DNA of 64,000 nt from Octopus vulgaris (lineage: Eukaryota): assembly GCA_951406725.2 (NCBI GenBank), contig OX597814.1:73470001-73534000 (forward strand), written 5' to 3'. Made by a program: the position numbers and the translations under genes. Under the pieces are notes generated by a model, which saw only the letters and a program-made list of their open reading frames with translations, was not told where the DNA came from and did not search any database. Shown here piece after piece: positions 26,753 through 40,265 of this stretch. The first letter of the stretch is position 1. Every line of letters starts with the position of its first letter.

Positions 26753-27420
26753 TGTCGTCACGGTACTACCTCCCTCTGCGGCACGATGTTGTCGCTAAAA
26801 CAATTTACAATGTCATACGCAAAAAGACTGTCCTGAAATAAACTTAGAAAATTCACCTGCTATCGAATACAGTTATAAATACCAACTCAAGGAATACTGG
26901 TAGAATATTCCCATCAAAACTTCTGTCAAATGTAAATGTAACAGGTCGGATATTGTTGTTTGGGACAGAAGGGCAAAGGTATGTACTGTCATACAGGTCA
27001 ACTGCCTTGCAGATATAAATATATCTTTGAAAATCAAAGAAAAAGCGAATATCTATGGACAAATCGCCAGCTTCTATATCCGGACTACGAATTCATATTC
27101 ATACCAATAATGGAGCACTAGGTTTTGTTAGTAAATTATGGAACACTAGGGTTTGTTAATAAATAATAGAGCACTAGGTTTTGTTAGTAAATGCTCAAAG
27201 GAGAATCTGGATTAACTGGAATTTTCAGAAAGGGAAATCGACCGGCTAATTCAAGTGCAATCTGTGAGTGGAGCAGCAAAACTTTCTTCAAGTTCCAAAT
27301 GTGAATTTGTCTGTGTTAACTACATCCCAAAGATGAAGCCTTGCGTCTTTGTTGGAAACCTGCTTCCTCCTCAGTGGAAGATTTATAATAATCAAAAAAT
27401 AGAAGAGACATACATACATA
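26752..27420 (+). mobile_element. 5'-truncated R4/Dong-type RLE LINE, flanked by (CATA)n
   Basis: MSSRYYLPLRHDVVAK, NIPIKTSVKC, NRSDIVVWDR (RLE PD motif region); ends gagacatacatacata. Confidence 0.8.
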
Positions 27421-28145
27421 TGCGTGCGGCTATTGGCAACACTGTTGTGTTTGTTGTGCATACGCCCGTGCCTGCCCCTGCGCGTGCCTCGCTGCTATTC
27501 TCAGTCTTGACTTGGCTGTCGTATCTGACGGAGCTTCCGATTGACGCTACTGCCAAGTGTGAAGTTCGCGAAGTAAATTCGGTTTTTGAATGCAAAATGC
27601 ATTAAACTGATTGAAATTCATCCCCAAAAAGCGGGCGGCCATCAATTTCCGACGAGCAAAGTTGAGCAAATCCTGCATGAAAATCAGCGGATCAATCTGG
27701 ATAATCTCCACATTTTGGTTCCTGAGGTTTCACGAAGTACCATTCATAGCGTTTTGAGTGAAAAATTACAATATCGGAAAGTGTGCGCAAGATGGGTCCC
27801 ACGAATGCTCATAGAAAACCATAAACGGTAACCCACCTTACAGTCCGAACTTGGCATTCAGTGACACTACCTGTTCCCTAAGTTGAAAGACCATTTGGCC
27901 GGATAGTACTTCAGCAACGAAGATGATGTGAAAGATGAGGCTTAACGCTTCCTCAACGACACGGCGGTGAGCTGGTATGACACGGGCATACAAAAACTGT
28001 CCGAGCGCCTACAAAAATGCATTGACCGAAATGGCGATTATGTAGAAAAATAGATAAATGTTCACTTTAAAATGATGTAAACATCATTGACAATAAACGT
28101 TTTTGTGATTTCTAAATATTTTTGGAGACTTACTTTTGGCATTAC

Positions 28146-28150
<5 letters not shown>
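27421..28150 (+). mobile_element. Internally deleted mariner (irritans-like)
   Basis: Motifs AKCEVR, YRKVCARWVPRML, PPYSPNLA, KCIDRNGDYVEK*; 3' TIR ttacttttggcattaccctcg. Confidence 0.85.
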
Positions 28151-28203
<53 letters not shown>

Positions 28204-28339
28204 ACACACACACAGATACACACACATACATACATGTATACATACATAAATCATACATACATACGCACAAGCAACATTTGTGGCGCATAGGAAAAAGTTA
28301 ATGAATGTAACTTTATTCATAAAAGATCTGAAATTAACT

Positions 28340-29116
28340 TTCTTCCAAACAGTATGAACAAAAGTCTGAACGATGTTAGAACGTTATGTGGTTTTACTGT
28401 TAGCGACATTCCAACAGGTGCTATACTGCCTGCCAGAGAAAGAAACGTTACAGGCTAATGCAACTGGCCACTGTCCCTCTACTACGACTATGGTAAATAG
28501 CAGGCACAACCGCAACGACCATTGTAGTAGTGGCCAGGGTTATATATCGGGGAAGAGGGATTGTCTACAATAGTGGAAAACAGCTGCCCAGCAGATGTTA
28601 ACATAGAACTAAACATCAGCGAAAACGAAAACACCTCTGCTGAACTATTGAGAAATACAGCTATTTTTGAATGCTATAGAAATACAGCTATAGATTACAG
28701 CTAATCTACCCGGATTAAAAGTTCAGGTTTATACTTGTAATTATAGGGGCACTGGGATATGTAACAAAAATTGCTTAAGCATCAATCTTCAGAAATAAGG
28801 TTTCTCAAAATCAGGAAAGAGAAAGCTGATTCGAAAGACTACAGATCCGAGTCATCACTGGAACTGTAAAGATTTGTAAAACTTTCCAGGAGTTTATCGT
28901 TTAACTAAATATGCGCATGTCTAGACACGTAGCTATTTGCATGAGAATACATAAAACAAAACATACAAATCTGCACATGTATTGACTCCAAATACTGCAC
29001 ACATACATCAAAAATACCCTGTTGACGATGTTGAAATTCCAATGAAAAGTTTTGGATCAAGGTTAGAAACACGTGCTTGCAAGAAATCTTGAAATAAAGT
29101 TTGATAATGACATACA
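28340..29116 (+). mobile_element. R4/Dong-type RLE LINE, 3' fragment
   Basis: SCPADVNI..., IIGALGYV, ITGTVKICKTF; 3' UTR homologous to 39550-39795; ends atgacatacat. Confidence 0.8.
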
Positions 29117-29307
29117 TCGTAGCTGTCGACTCTGACGAATATGACCCATCAGTGACAAATTATCGTATCCTAGACGTTAAAGACAATGTCCGTGCTGAAA
29201 TTTGAAATCCATAACAACTTGCATAAAACCGCTAAAACTCTCACCTACAAAGCAAAGTAGTCTAGAAACAAACAAGAGCAAGACCCCCGGCTTAGCAACA
29301 GGGAGTG

Positions 29308-29379
<72 letters not shown>

Positions 29380-31507
29380 CGTGTTTTAGTTACCTCCCAG
29401 TATGTGCATTTTTTCTTTTCTCTCATGATTTTACAATTATCTTTTTCTCTTTATTTTCTATCGTTCATATGTTTTTAGTATGGTACAAATATTTGAAGGT
29501 GTAAACTTTTGGTAACGTTCATTTGAAGATTTTTCACTTAGGTCACGTGTAATGTTCAGATATGCATGAAAATAACATTCTTAGAAATGTAATTAATCTA
29601 GTGTTAATATTTTTAATGAATGGAACATTAAAAAGTTCATCAGAAACAAGTATATTAACAGGAAAATATAATATTAGTCAATGACTGATATTGCAGTTTT
29701 AGGTTAGCACGAAAATGTTTCGGAACTTGTTTTGGTCTCGCCAGCGAACCGTAGCCTCTATTGTTCCTGCTGGATGTACAGTACAGCTGCTGGCTTAACA
29801 AAATAAAAATTCTAAGATATGAAACAATGTTTCTAAAACACCATTTGCATGAAAAAACAATTGCTAACGTATTTAATGAAAAGAGCATTAGAAAGTTAAT
29901 AACAAATATGTATGCAATGAGGAAAAATGGGCATTACTAAATAACCATTATTCCTTTCATTTCCTTTTTCTGCAAATACGGGAGTAAACTCCGGGCGTAC
30001 TTCGGTCTTCTTACGTATGTCAGTGTAATCAGTAGAACTTGGTTGGAGTGAGTGTTTGTGTATATTCACTCAAAGACCTCATGTCGAACAGTTGAACCTA
30101 GAAACGTACCAGCTTTCAATCACTCTTGGAACCAATTTTTCTTATTCACCTAATGCTATTGGTGGGCCGTAATATAAAGATTAAAAGGAAGAGAGGAATT
30201 TTGATTTATTTACATAAGAAAAAGCAAGATAATTATTCAGTCTTAGATTTCCGTTTTGCATTGCACATCAACAACACTATTAGCCTAGATATAATCAGTT
30301 TGTATGGCGTTTAATTTATTGTACAAACCAATAGGAAGCAACCAATCGTTGATCAGAATATAACTAGACCAAATGCATACTAGGAGTGCAGAAATCTTCT
30401 ATCCGGCTCCTTATCGTTCATAAATTTATAGAATATTTACACATATCAAACTCTGTATTCAACAACAACTCCTTTCAAAATAAAATTGAAAGAGCTCATT
30501 TAGTTTTTATTGCCTTTAGGTAGTCTATTTTAAAAATATTTTCTTGCTACTTATTTAATCTTATTTTTATGCAATCCAAGGTTACTACTTTGCGTCTTTT
30601 GGAGAACAGAAAAACCAATTCATTAAAAGAATAAAAGACGGTGTCATCTTGTGATACGTTCTTAGTCAAGTTATTATTTCAGGAAAACAGGCGCCATTAC
30701 AAACGTGCAATTATTTGAGCAACACATAAAGACAGCCGGAGTTAAACACACGGCTCTTTGATTCGCAGTTACAAAACTGTTATGAATGTTTGAGGAATGA
30801 ATGAATACGAGATAATATCGGCCTGGCTGCGTCCAATAATTTTTGTTCTATAAAAAGGTATAATTATGGAAAGAAAAAACAGTAGAGAAAAAGAGTGAGA
30901 GTGTATTTATGAGTGTGAGTGTGTGAAAGCATAAAGATATCTGAGAAAATGAGAGATAAAGTAGAATAGAAATAAGATTATACATATATACAAATACACT
31001 CACATATACATAGAAATAAGCATGTATGATCGTATGATGTATCTACGTAATTATTATGTACACGTACGCGCACACACAGACACAAACACAAACACACGCA
31101 ACACACACACACGCACACATACATATATATATACCAGTAAATATCTAACATGTAGTGCGATATCCAACCTATTAGAGAAAAATAGAGAGAAACATGTTGA
31201 TATAAATACAATTACTGATATAATTAGTAATGTTTCCCCATGTCTCTTTTTCCATCTCTGCTCTGGCACTTTCATTAGTTCTGAATTTCGTGGAAATAAC
31301 GATAAACCGTTTAATTTGCTGGACTGAGATACATTTACTATCTCTGTATTTTATGGAAACACTATCAGGTCATTTATTTAGCTGAATACTGAGTGGGAAG
31401 ATACTTATGTTAACTGTCTATGTATAACTTGCATAAAGTTATATATAAATATTTGTATGTACATTTACAGTGCCGTGGTACCAACGACCACAACTGCTGT
31501 AGTTGTA

Positions 31508-31560
<53 letters not shown>

Positions 31561-31699
31561 TACACATTCATACAGGGCGGCGTAAAAGTGACGCACCACC
31601 CTAATCACAAGAAGCAACACATTTACTTACAAAAAGTAACGAATGTGAAGATGTTATGCCAAAGTTTTATTTTATTGGTGCACGACTTTGGTGCAAACC

Positions 31700-32560
31700 T
31701 GTAGAGTTCTCGGACTAAATCAAACGATCTTTAGGACAATTTTTTTTAGAAACAACTTGATATATTGGTGAGCAGTCAGTAGCATTGGAAAGCATGGACA
31801 TTAAAGTTATATGTGAGAAAAAGTCAGCTGACATAGAAGATTGGAAGTCATCTAAATACTGGAAAAGAGTTACTGTCTTACGATGAATCACACCGGGCAT
31901 CAAAATGCCGACATTATGACTGCTGCTCAATGCTCTGTGAACTCTGTAAAGACCGAAAGACATGACATGGACATCATGAAAACCAAGTTACTCCAATCTG
32001 TGATGATTTTTGGGTATGTCTCTAGTGAGGGTAATGTCATGCCGCCTCATCCTGCAGGTTTGATTCAGACAGTTATGTGAAGCCGCTGAATGCAGTCAAC
32101 CTGAAAGAAGTGGGTTGCTACTGGAAGGGCATACATGTGGCAGCTGGATTGGGCTCTTTCCCATACCTCCGGAAAGATTCAGAAGTGGTTTTTGGAGAAT
32201 TTCTAAGACTTCACTGGCCCCAATTTCTGACCTCCTAATTCCCCCGATTATAATCCATTTATTACTGTGTCGGGTGCGGTTGAGAAATACAGAAACTGTT
32301 ATATATGCGAAACCAAGGCTGAGTTGGCAGACAAGATCAAGGACGTGTTCGAAGATCTTTCCGGGGTGACAGTGAGGAACGCATGCAACATGTTCTGGTG
32401 CCGTCCTGGGACCGTGGTTGAAGCTGAAAGCGGCTACTTTGAGTAAACTGTTATCTAGTTTACTCTAGAACCTACTTAATACTTTTTGATTAAAAAAAAA
32501 AGTACTCGTATCTTCTCTTCTTTTTATGCAAACTGCCAAATTTAGTCCGAACACTCTGTA
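31700..32560 (+). mobile_element. maT/DD37D-like Tc1/mariner element, deleted
   Basis: TIRs tagagttctcggactaaa / tttagtccgaacactctgta; motifs VMIFGYVSSEGNVMPPH, PPNSPDYNP. Confidence 0.75.
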
Positions 32561-32590
32561 TGTGTGTGTGTGTTTGTGTGTGTGGAGAAA

Positions 32591-32654
<64 letters not shown>

Positions 32655-32817
32655 CAATTTGTTTTAAATCTCTGAGCGAGAGATATACAGTAACAGTACT
32701 GAAAAGTAAAGTTTATATGCCAACAGAAAGTGACAGTCTTATAAAGGATGATGTTACTGTTGTTTTAGCCCCAGGAAAACACCTTTTTCATCTGGCTATC
32801 GACACACAAATTTGGAG

Positions 32818-33350
32818 TTATCCCAAAAGGGGAATATAGTCAATGGGCATCACCAACTGTGTATGTTAAGAAAAAAAATAATAGAAACAAATATACTTCA
32901 AAATTCTTCAAAGATTTTTTAAAACCTATAGATATTGTAAAGAAGAGGAAGGTGTAATCATTAAACGAATTGGAAGAATGTTATTCCTGATAAAAGGGGA
33001 AAATGTAGAACATAAAAACATTAACCAACTTTAAAAAAAATTTAAGGAAAAAACAGTTACGCGAAATGAAATCCCCGTGGAAGTATTGTACGACTCGTTT
33101 GAGGTACCAACACCCAAACAGTTTGAAACTACACGGAAAAGAACGGATTTCTGGACGAAGTTTAATTCTCAAAAGGGGAGAGGTTAGGGAAGACTAATTC
33201 TAAAAAGGGAGATGTTGTGGAAGGATTCCGACCACCCCCATGTGAGTAAAAGTGGACTGACACATTGCTATAAAATAAAGAACTGTCAGCCATTCAGGGT
33301 TAACACTTCACCGTGAGACGTTGATAGAGGGCGTTTAGCCTTGTGTAACA
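32818..33350 (+). mobile_element. Ty3/Gypsy remnant: RT and integrase C-terminal scraps, PPT and 3' LTR (33213-33350)
   Basis: YSQWASPTVYVKKKN; EEGVIIKRIGRMLFLI; purine tract aaaaagggaga directly before TGTTG...TAACA containing tataaaataaa. Confidence 0.7.
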
Positions 33351-34059
33351 GTCATAGTAGTGCACCGTCTGAATACTTTCTTTGCCCTTGCTTTGTTAAA
33401 TTATTTATCCAACGCCATGATATAAAAAATATCTTTTGCCGAAATGCTAAGTTACTGGAACATAAACATACCAACACTGGTTATCAAGCGGTGGTAAGGG
33501 ACAGACACAAAGACACACACACTCACACATATATGTGTGTGTGTACAAATTACATGTGCATATGTGTGTATTCAATGAGTGTATTTTGTGGCTGTATATA
33601 TGTGTGTGTGTGTTCGTGTATTATATCAATATTGTGTGCAATGTTATTACAACAGGGATTTCTAGAAGAACAAGAAAACAATGTTTTGCAGCAGCGATGC
33701 CAAGTTCAACGTTAATTTGTTTTTCATTATTCTGGAAGTGAGTCCATCAAAAATGAGAGTAACTTGAAAAATTATATGAAGAAAATTAGTGACTGAAGGA
33801 TTCTTGTGAATGAAATTTGTGAAAGGTCCTTTGTACATTACTCTACTTTCCAGCTAATAAAGCATGCCATTAATAATATCTTGCTATCTTTGAGAAGCAT
33901 GTGTGAAAGTTATTTGTTGTATTGCATATAACAGTAGCGGTTTTATAAACAAATATTTTAAGATACAAATCATATGGTATATAGATATATTATATATATT
34001 TGTAAACAAACATACACACACTCATACATACAGCCTTCCCAGAAACCACAGGGAGGTTG

Positions 34060-34104
<45 letters not shown>

Positions 34105-34325
34105 CACGAGGGGGTGCTAAAAAGTTCCTTGCTTTGGGTAAAAGAAAATACAGGAAGATCAGTTAATTATAATTTTATTCAACATATCCTCTCAGATTCA
34201 CACATTTATTGCAGCGGTGTTCCTTCGGGTTTTCTTAGTCCTATAAAACAACTCGGAAGGTTGGGCCTCCAACCAGCCCTTCCGCGATACTCTTAAATCC
34301 AGGAACTTTTCAGAACCCCCTCGTG
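34105..34325. mobile_element. mariner-type MITE (221 bp)
   Basis: TA-cacgagggggtgctaaaaagttcct ... aggaactttttcagaaccccctcgtg-TA. Confidence 0.9.
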
Positions 34326-34432
34326 TATATATATAGGGAGATTTTACGAAAAAACAAAAGACAAAAGACGAAGTCAGGTGGTGTACAAAACAAACAGATG
34401 CATTAGTATAACGCTCAGGAATAGAAAAAAGT

Positions 34433-34468
34433 CTTTTACGTTTCGAGCCTACGCTCTTCTACAGAAAG
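34433..34468 (-). ncRNA. Candidate minimal type I hammerhead ribozyme (variant core)
   Basis: Minus strand cttt-CTGTAGA-a-gagc(gtag)gctc-GAAAC-GTA-aaag: stems I and II pair, ACGT palindromic stem III; A6 replaced by U. Confidence 0.55.
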
Positions 34469-35144
34469 GAATGAGGAGAGCAAACAGATACACACACACA
34501 CAAACAGATAGCGAAAGGAAAAATATACGGATAGAAAATAAACGTTTCTGGATTAACAGTTGTATACGTTGAGTTGACCGGAATGTCAATAACACACACA
34601 TATATATACACGTATATATTATATATGTATACATACGTATATACAAATACATACATATACACACACGCACGCACAAACAGATACACCCAGTTATGAAACT
34701 GCGAGTGATATTCAATTAGACGCATTTCTGTGTTGAAGATCAGATAAGTGTGGGGGCAATTGCTCATTAAGAAGCGCTGGAAATACGTACAAAAACTCTG
34801 TATATTTGGTCACTGCTTACATTTTGTAAAGCAACTGCAACTTGAAATGATTAAACATACATACATAAATTTTATGTATATATATATATATATATACATA
34901 TATATATCTGTGTGTGTGTGTGTGCATACGTATATACACACACACACAACACACAGATACACATACATGCATACATATCCAACACAATATACAGCCATAT
35001 GTACATATGTAACGTCTTCCTCTCATTTCCCTTCATTATAACTACTATTTGGGTATCTACATATAATTTCCGCCTTTTTTCTCTTCCTTTGTATAGATAA
35101 CTATGTATACATGTGTGTGCGTGTACATACGCATATATCTTTCT

Positions 35145-35585
35145 TTCTTTTAACTGTTTCAGTCATTCCACTGCGACCATACTGGGGCACCGTGTTGAAG
35201 AATTTTTAGTCGAATGAATCGGCTCCAGTAGTTATGTTTTTTAAGCTTGGTACTTATTCTATCGATCTCTTATGCCGTCAAGTTAGGGGGACGTAAACAA
35301 AACAACACTGGTTGTCAAGCAGTGATGGGGAACGAATACACACACATATACACACACGCACACACACATCTCTCTCTCACACACACACGCACGCACTCTC
35401 TCTCTCTCCCTTTCACACACACACAAACGATGGGATTCTTTCACATTCCTCCTCCCAAATCCATTTAAACCTTTGGTTGGCCCGAAGGTATAGTAGAAGA
35501 CATTTGCTCAAGGTGCAACGCATCCGGGAACTCGGAGCCATGCGATTGAGAAATGTGCTTCTTACTACAAAGCCACGTCTCCACC
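35145..35585 (-). mobile_element. SINE family A
   Basis: Full head-to-tail similarity to the adjacent copy. Confidence 0.85.
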
Positions 35586-35612
35586 TATCTCTGTGTGTGT
35601 GTATTCTTTTAT

Positions 35613-35990
35613 TCTTTTATTTGTTTCAGTCATTTGACTGCGGCCATGCTGGAGCACCGCCTTTAGTCGAAGAAATCCACCCCAGGACTTATTCTTAGTA
35701 AGTCTAGTACTTATTCTATCAGTATCTTTTGCCGAACCCCTAAGTTATGGAGACGTAAACACACAAACATCGGTTGTCAAACGATAGTGGGAGGACAAAC
35801 ACAGACACACAAACATATACATATACACACATATATGTACGACGGGCTTCTTTCAGTTTCATACCAAATCCACTCACAAGGCTTTGGTCGGCCCGAGGCT
35901 ATAGTAGAAGTCACTTGTCCAAGGTACCACGCAATGGGACTGAACTCGGAACCATGTGGTTGGGAAGCAAGCTTCTTACCACACAGCCTA
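35613..35990 (-). mobile_element. SINE family A
   Basis: Minus-strand head ggctgtgtggtaagaagcttgcttcccaaccacatggttccgagttcagtccc. Confidence 0.9.
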
Positions 35991-36819
35991 TCTATATAAT
36001 ATGAGGGGTTTAGTTCACTTGTGATCTAAACGAATGGGTAAGTGCTATTGTTGGTCGACCGTTAGGTTCCAAGATCACAGCTAATGCTAGAGATCCGTGT
36101 TAGGGTTCCGCTTTAGCAGGTATATATTATATTAGAAGAAAAATCACAGCCAAGGCAGAACGAGACTTTCAAGTCATTTAGAACAATTTACTTAGGGTAA
36201 GGTGAATTTGAAGTCTTCCATCCGTGCACTGGGTATTCCGTTATCAGAGACAAGGTATGAATATTTTAGACGAGGAAAATTTACAGTTTACAAGAAATAA
36301 AATTCACAGTTTATCAGAAATAAAATAGAAGAATAAAGGAGTAAAGTAGAAGAATAAAGAGTAAAAGTATTTAGAAGAATATAGGCAGGAGAATAATGTT
36401 CACAACTCATCTTTTTTCAGGAGATATGGATGTTAGTCGGTTCTTCCATGAAGGTATAGGTTTTTAGTTAAAATCCCAAGTAAATCGAGGCAGTATTTTG
36501 ACAGTATTCTGAATGATTTATTCATAATGTATGTATTCATGCATGTATGTATGAATGTATGTATTTATGTATGTATGTATACATGCAGTGACAGACACAT
36601 AATCGCACTGATACGCGCACGCGCATGAATATATAGCGCACGAACCTGCTTAGGGGCGTGGAGCAACAGGACACACTAATACTTGCAGATACGAATCCAT
36701 GTATATTCATATACATCTCTCTCACCTCCTCCTCCCTCTCCTCCTCCTCCCTCTCCTCCTTCTCTCTCTCTCCTGATATATATGTTTGCTTGCATGTTAT
36801 TGTTTACATTTGATCTGGA

Positions 36820-38520
36820 AGTAGATGCAAGAACCTTGGTTCTGGGTACTTGCTAAGGTATATTTTGTCGCAAAAGAAGAAAACTCAGCTGGACTTGACC
36901 AGTTTCGAGAGATCTCTCTTTTGGATATTGTAAGAAAGATCTTTTGGGCCATCATTGTCAACACCATATCTCCTGGTCAATGAGTTAATTGACACGATTA
37001 TCCATCGTGGGAAATTTCACCACTAATTAGTAGAGACTGGAAAAAAGACACTATGACAGGGTGCAAAATTTTTGTGGTGTTACTTACGGTGGCCATAAAC
37101 CTACGTAGGAGGGAAGAAGACGAGAGGTCCCGAATTAACGAAATCATAGGAAATCCACTGTGAGGGGGTACGACACCGTCAACCGGAGGGGCTCGGTGGA
37201 CATTGCGCTCATTGAAAAAGGTGACCTCATGGTCACGCTTGAAGTTTAACCTCGGAGTCTGAATATCTTTAAAAGAAAGTTGACAAATGATATCTTCAGC
37301 ATTCAGAGCTCAGGGATTCCGACAATCCAAGAAAAAGGAGTCCGATATCTTGGGAAAGATTATGATCATGCCCTTAAGGGTACTGGCAATGACGAAGACA
37401 CTAAAACCTAATTGCATAGCTGACTTCAAGATAGTGTTTCATGCATGGCATCATACCTAAACTGCAGTGGCCATTTTTGCTTTATGACTTTGCCACGACT
37501 CGGGGCAAAAGCAATAGAGAGGATGTGCAGTAGATTCAGGCGAAGATTTCCAAGCTCCGTCTACCAATTTCATCAGTAGTGGAAGAATTCAAGGACACAA
37601 AGGCAAGAGCAATCAGCACATTGCCTCTATCTGAGGGCGAAAAAGTCAGAAACGTTAACAAGACCATAAAGTGTGACAGAAAATGGAAGCCCCAGGAGGC
37701 TGTGAAGAACATATTTGAAACCCCAGGGGATTGCTTAAGTAGTCTGTCAAGTACAGCGTCGAGATATGGGAAAACATCAATATCAAGAGCAAGGGAGAGG
37801 TCGTAGTGCAAAGAATCCATGATTCAAGAAAAGAGGATAGCCGGATGAAGTCAGTAGGGCTTGCCCACCCAAGAACAATGGATACAGTGGGACCAGGCAC
37901 CCGGGCGCCCACTGCCCTGGAAGGAACTGTTGGGTACTGATCATGGAAAATTGTACTCTTCTTGCCATCTCCAAATAACCTTAAGATATAGAGTAAAGAA
38001 GGAGACCCTGAGCTGTATTTTGATCATATGCCCTAGGCCTCTGGAAGAAGCCTATACGAGGCGAAAACAATGGTAGGGGAGCTGTTCTCTGTTTTGCATT
38101 CAGCCTCAGACTGGGAGATGCAAATGGACTTGAAGGGCAGACTTGTCCCCACCCCCGAGGAAATAGCAGTAACATCACTCCAACTAGACAGGTTCCTATA
38201 CTTCTGGAGTACAAAAACAATCATCCTGGTTGATCTCATAGTGCTTTGGCGGGATAGACTCGATATTTCCCACAAGCTAGAGAAACCAAAGATCAGGACA
38301 TAGTCGACAAGGAATACAGGCCCATTGAAATCGGCTGCCGTAGCTTTCCGGCCGGTTCGGAGCGCTATTTCTACAGCGGAACTCACATAACCGAAGAAAG
38401 TTGAAACAAGCTCAAGATTGGGAAGGTTGATAAGAGACCGCAAGCGGAACCCTTCCGCAAGAGAAAACTAGTTCAGTCCTCGCTGACCCACAGGTGAAGC
38501 GTACAAAGTAAGGGGTGGAA
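36820..38520 (+). mobile_element. HERO/NeSL-type RLE LINE, decayed
   Basis: LDQFREISLLDIV; EEFKDTKAR; RKWKPQEAV; DWEMQMDL...WSTKTIILVDLIVLW. Confidence 0.75.
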
Positions 38521-38724
38521 CGCATCTGAGATACTGACGATACGGAAAGCCTTCCAGCATTGCGATGTATTTTCAGGATTAACAAAAGCTGGCAAAACTT
38601 GAGTAGCTTCTGCAGATTTTGCATGGGACAAAGCATCTAATCTCTGATGTTTATTTCACTCAAACACACACACACACGCACTCACACACGCACACGCACA
38701 CACACATGCACACACACACACATA

Positions 38725-38761
<37 letters not shown>

Positions 38762-38789
38762 ACTCGTATATATATTTATACTGAGCGCA

Positions 38790-39795
38790 TTAGCAAATGC
38801 CTGGTGTACGTACCTGATGAAACGTAACTACGTAGGAATGCATGCGCATACATACGTACATACATACATACATACATACATACATACATACATACATACA
38901 TACATACATGCACCCAAGTACCTGATGCACAAAAGGGATATAGATGCAACTAAAGTCGTAAAGTGTGACAACCGATACAGACTTTGTGGAGTTCACTTGA
39001 AGATATCACCCACATCATAAGCAGTTGTCCGAAAATGTCATCACGGTATTATCTACCGATGAGACATGACCTTGTAGCAAGGACACTCTATAATGAAATC
39101 CATCGGAAGGATAATCCCGAGGAAAAAGAAATAAGAACCCACAACATGGTAGAAGCTATAGCCACTCATAATAAAAAGGAATACTGGTGGAATGTACCAG
39201 CGAAGACCTCAATAAGATGTAAGCACAATGGACCTGATATGATGAGTTGGAAAGAAAAACTTTGCACAGTTGTGGAAATTAGCTGCCCAGCGGATGTTAA
39301 CATAAAGTGATAAACAGAACACCTAAGCTGAACTATTGAAAAATCTGCTGTTGCTCTATCCAGATTACAAGTTCAGGTTTATATCTGTGATTATTGGGGC
39401 CCTGGGATATGTAACACACTGCCTAAATACCAATCTTGAGAAATAAGACTTCTCAAAACCAGAAAAGAGAAAGCTAATTCGAAGACTACAGATCCAATCC
39501 ATCACTGGAACTGTAAAAATCTGTAAAACTTTCCAGAAGTTTGTCATTTAAATATATATATGAGCATGTCTAGGTATGCAACTATACGCATGAGAATACA
39601 TACATAAAACATACAAATCTGCACATACATACATACATACATACATACATACATACATACATACATACATACATACATGCATACATACATACCCTGTTGT
39701 TGATGTTGAAATTCCAATGAAGGATCCTTGAATCTAGGTTGGAAACCGGTTCTTTCTCTATTGGCAAGAAGTCTTGCAATAAACTGAATTATGAC
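38790..39795 (+). mobile_element. R4/Dong-type RLE LINE, 3' portion with (CATA)n tail
   Basis: [15 protein letters not shown] (CCHC region), RHDLVA, YWWNVP, GPD, VEISCPAD; ends ttatgacatacata. Confidence 0.85.
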
Positions 39796-39999
39796 ATACA
39801 TACATACATACATACATACATACATACATACATAAATACATATACTAAAATTGACTCGTGGCCGAGCAAGAACATTTCCTAAATTCATTTCACTCTAAGA
39901 AACATCTAAAATTTGGTCTCCCCATTGCTGATGGTAACTCATACAACTCGTAAGGCCTGCAAGAGACTTACAAGTCATTCCACTCCGATCACAAGTCAC

Positions 40000-40260
40000 C
40001 CAACAACAGTAGCCCAATCATCTGGATGTTGGGACTTACAATCCCAAGTGAGTCTTTGAGCAGAACCGCACTTTCTACGGCACAAGTTGCACAAGAGAAC
40101 ATGCTAGATATCACGCTGGTAGACAAAGGCGCCTCCGTTACAAAACTTATGGCTGCATGGGCCTGCCTTCGAGAAGCAGACGTGTCCACATTGAGAATAC
40201 GAAAGAGATGTTTCATACCTTTCTGAGGGAGATAGTTAATTTCCTCCATATATTTACCAG
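40000..40260 (-). mobile_element. Probable RTE LINE 3' end
   Basis: LNVDT...FSCATC..RKCGS resembles the C-terminal zinc finger of RTE ORFs. Confidence 0.4.
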
Positions 40261-40265
40261 TGTGA

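Noticed and set aside
38812-38840. cctgatgaaacg...cgtagg, hammerhead-like
   Set aside because: No stem II; it is LINE coding sequence (YLMKR, echoed at about 38918).
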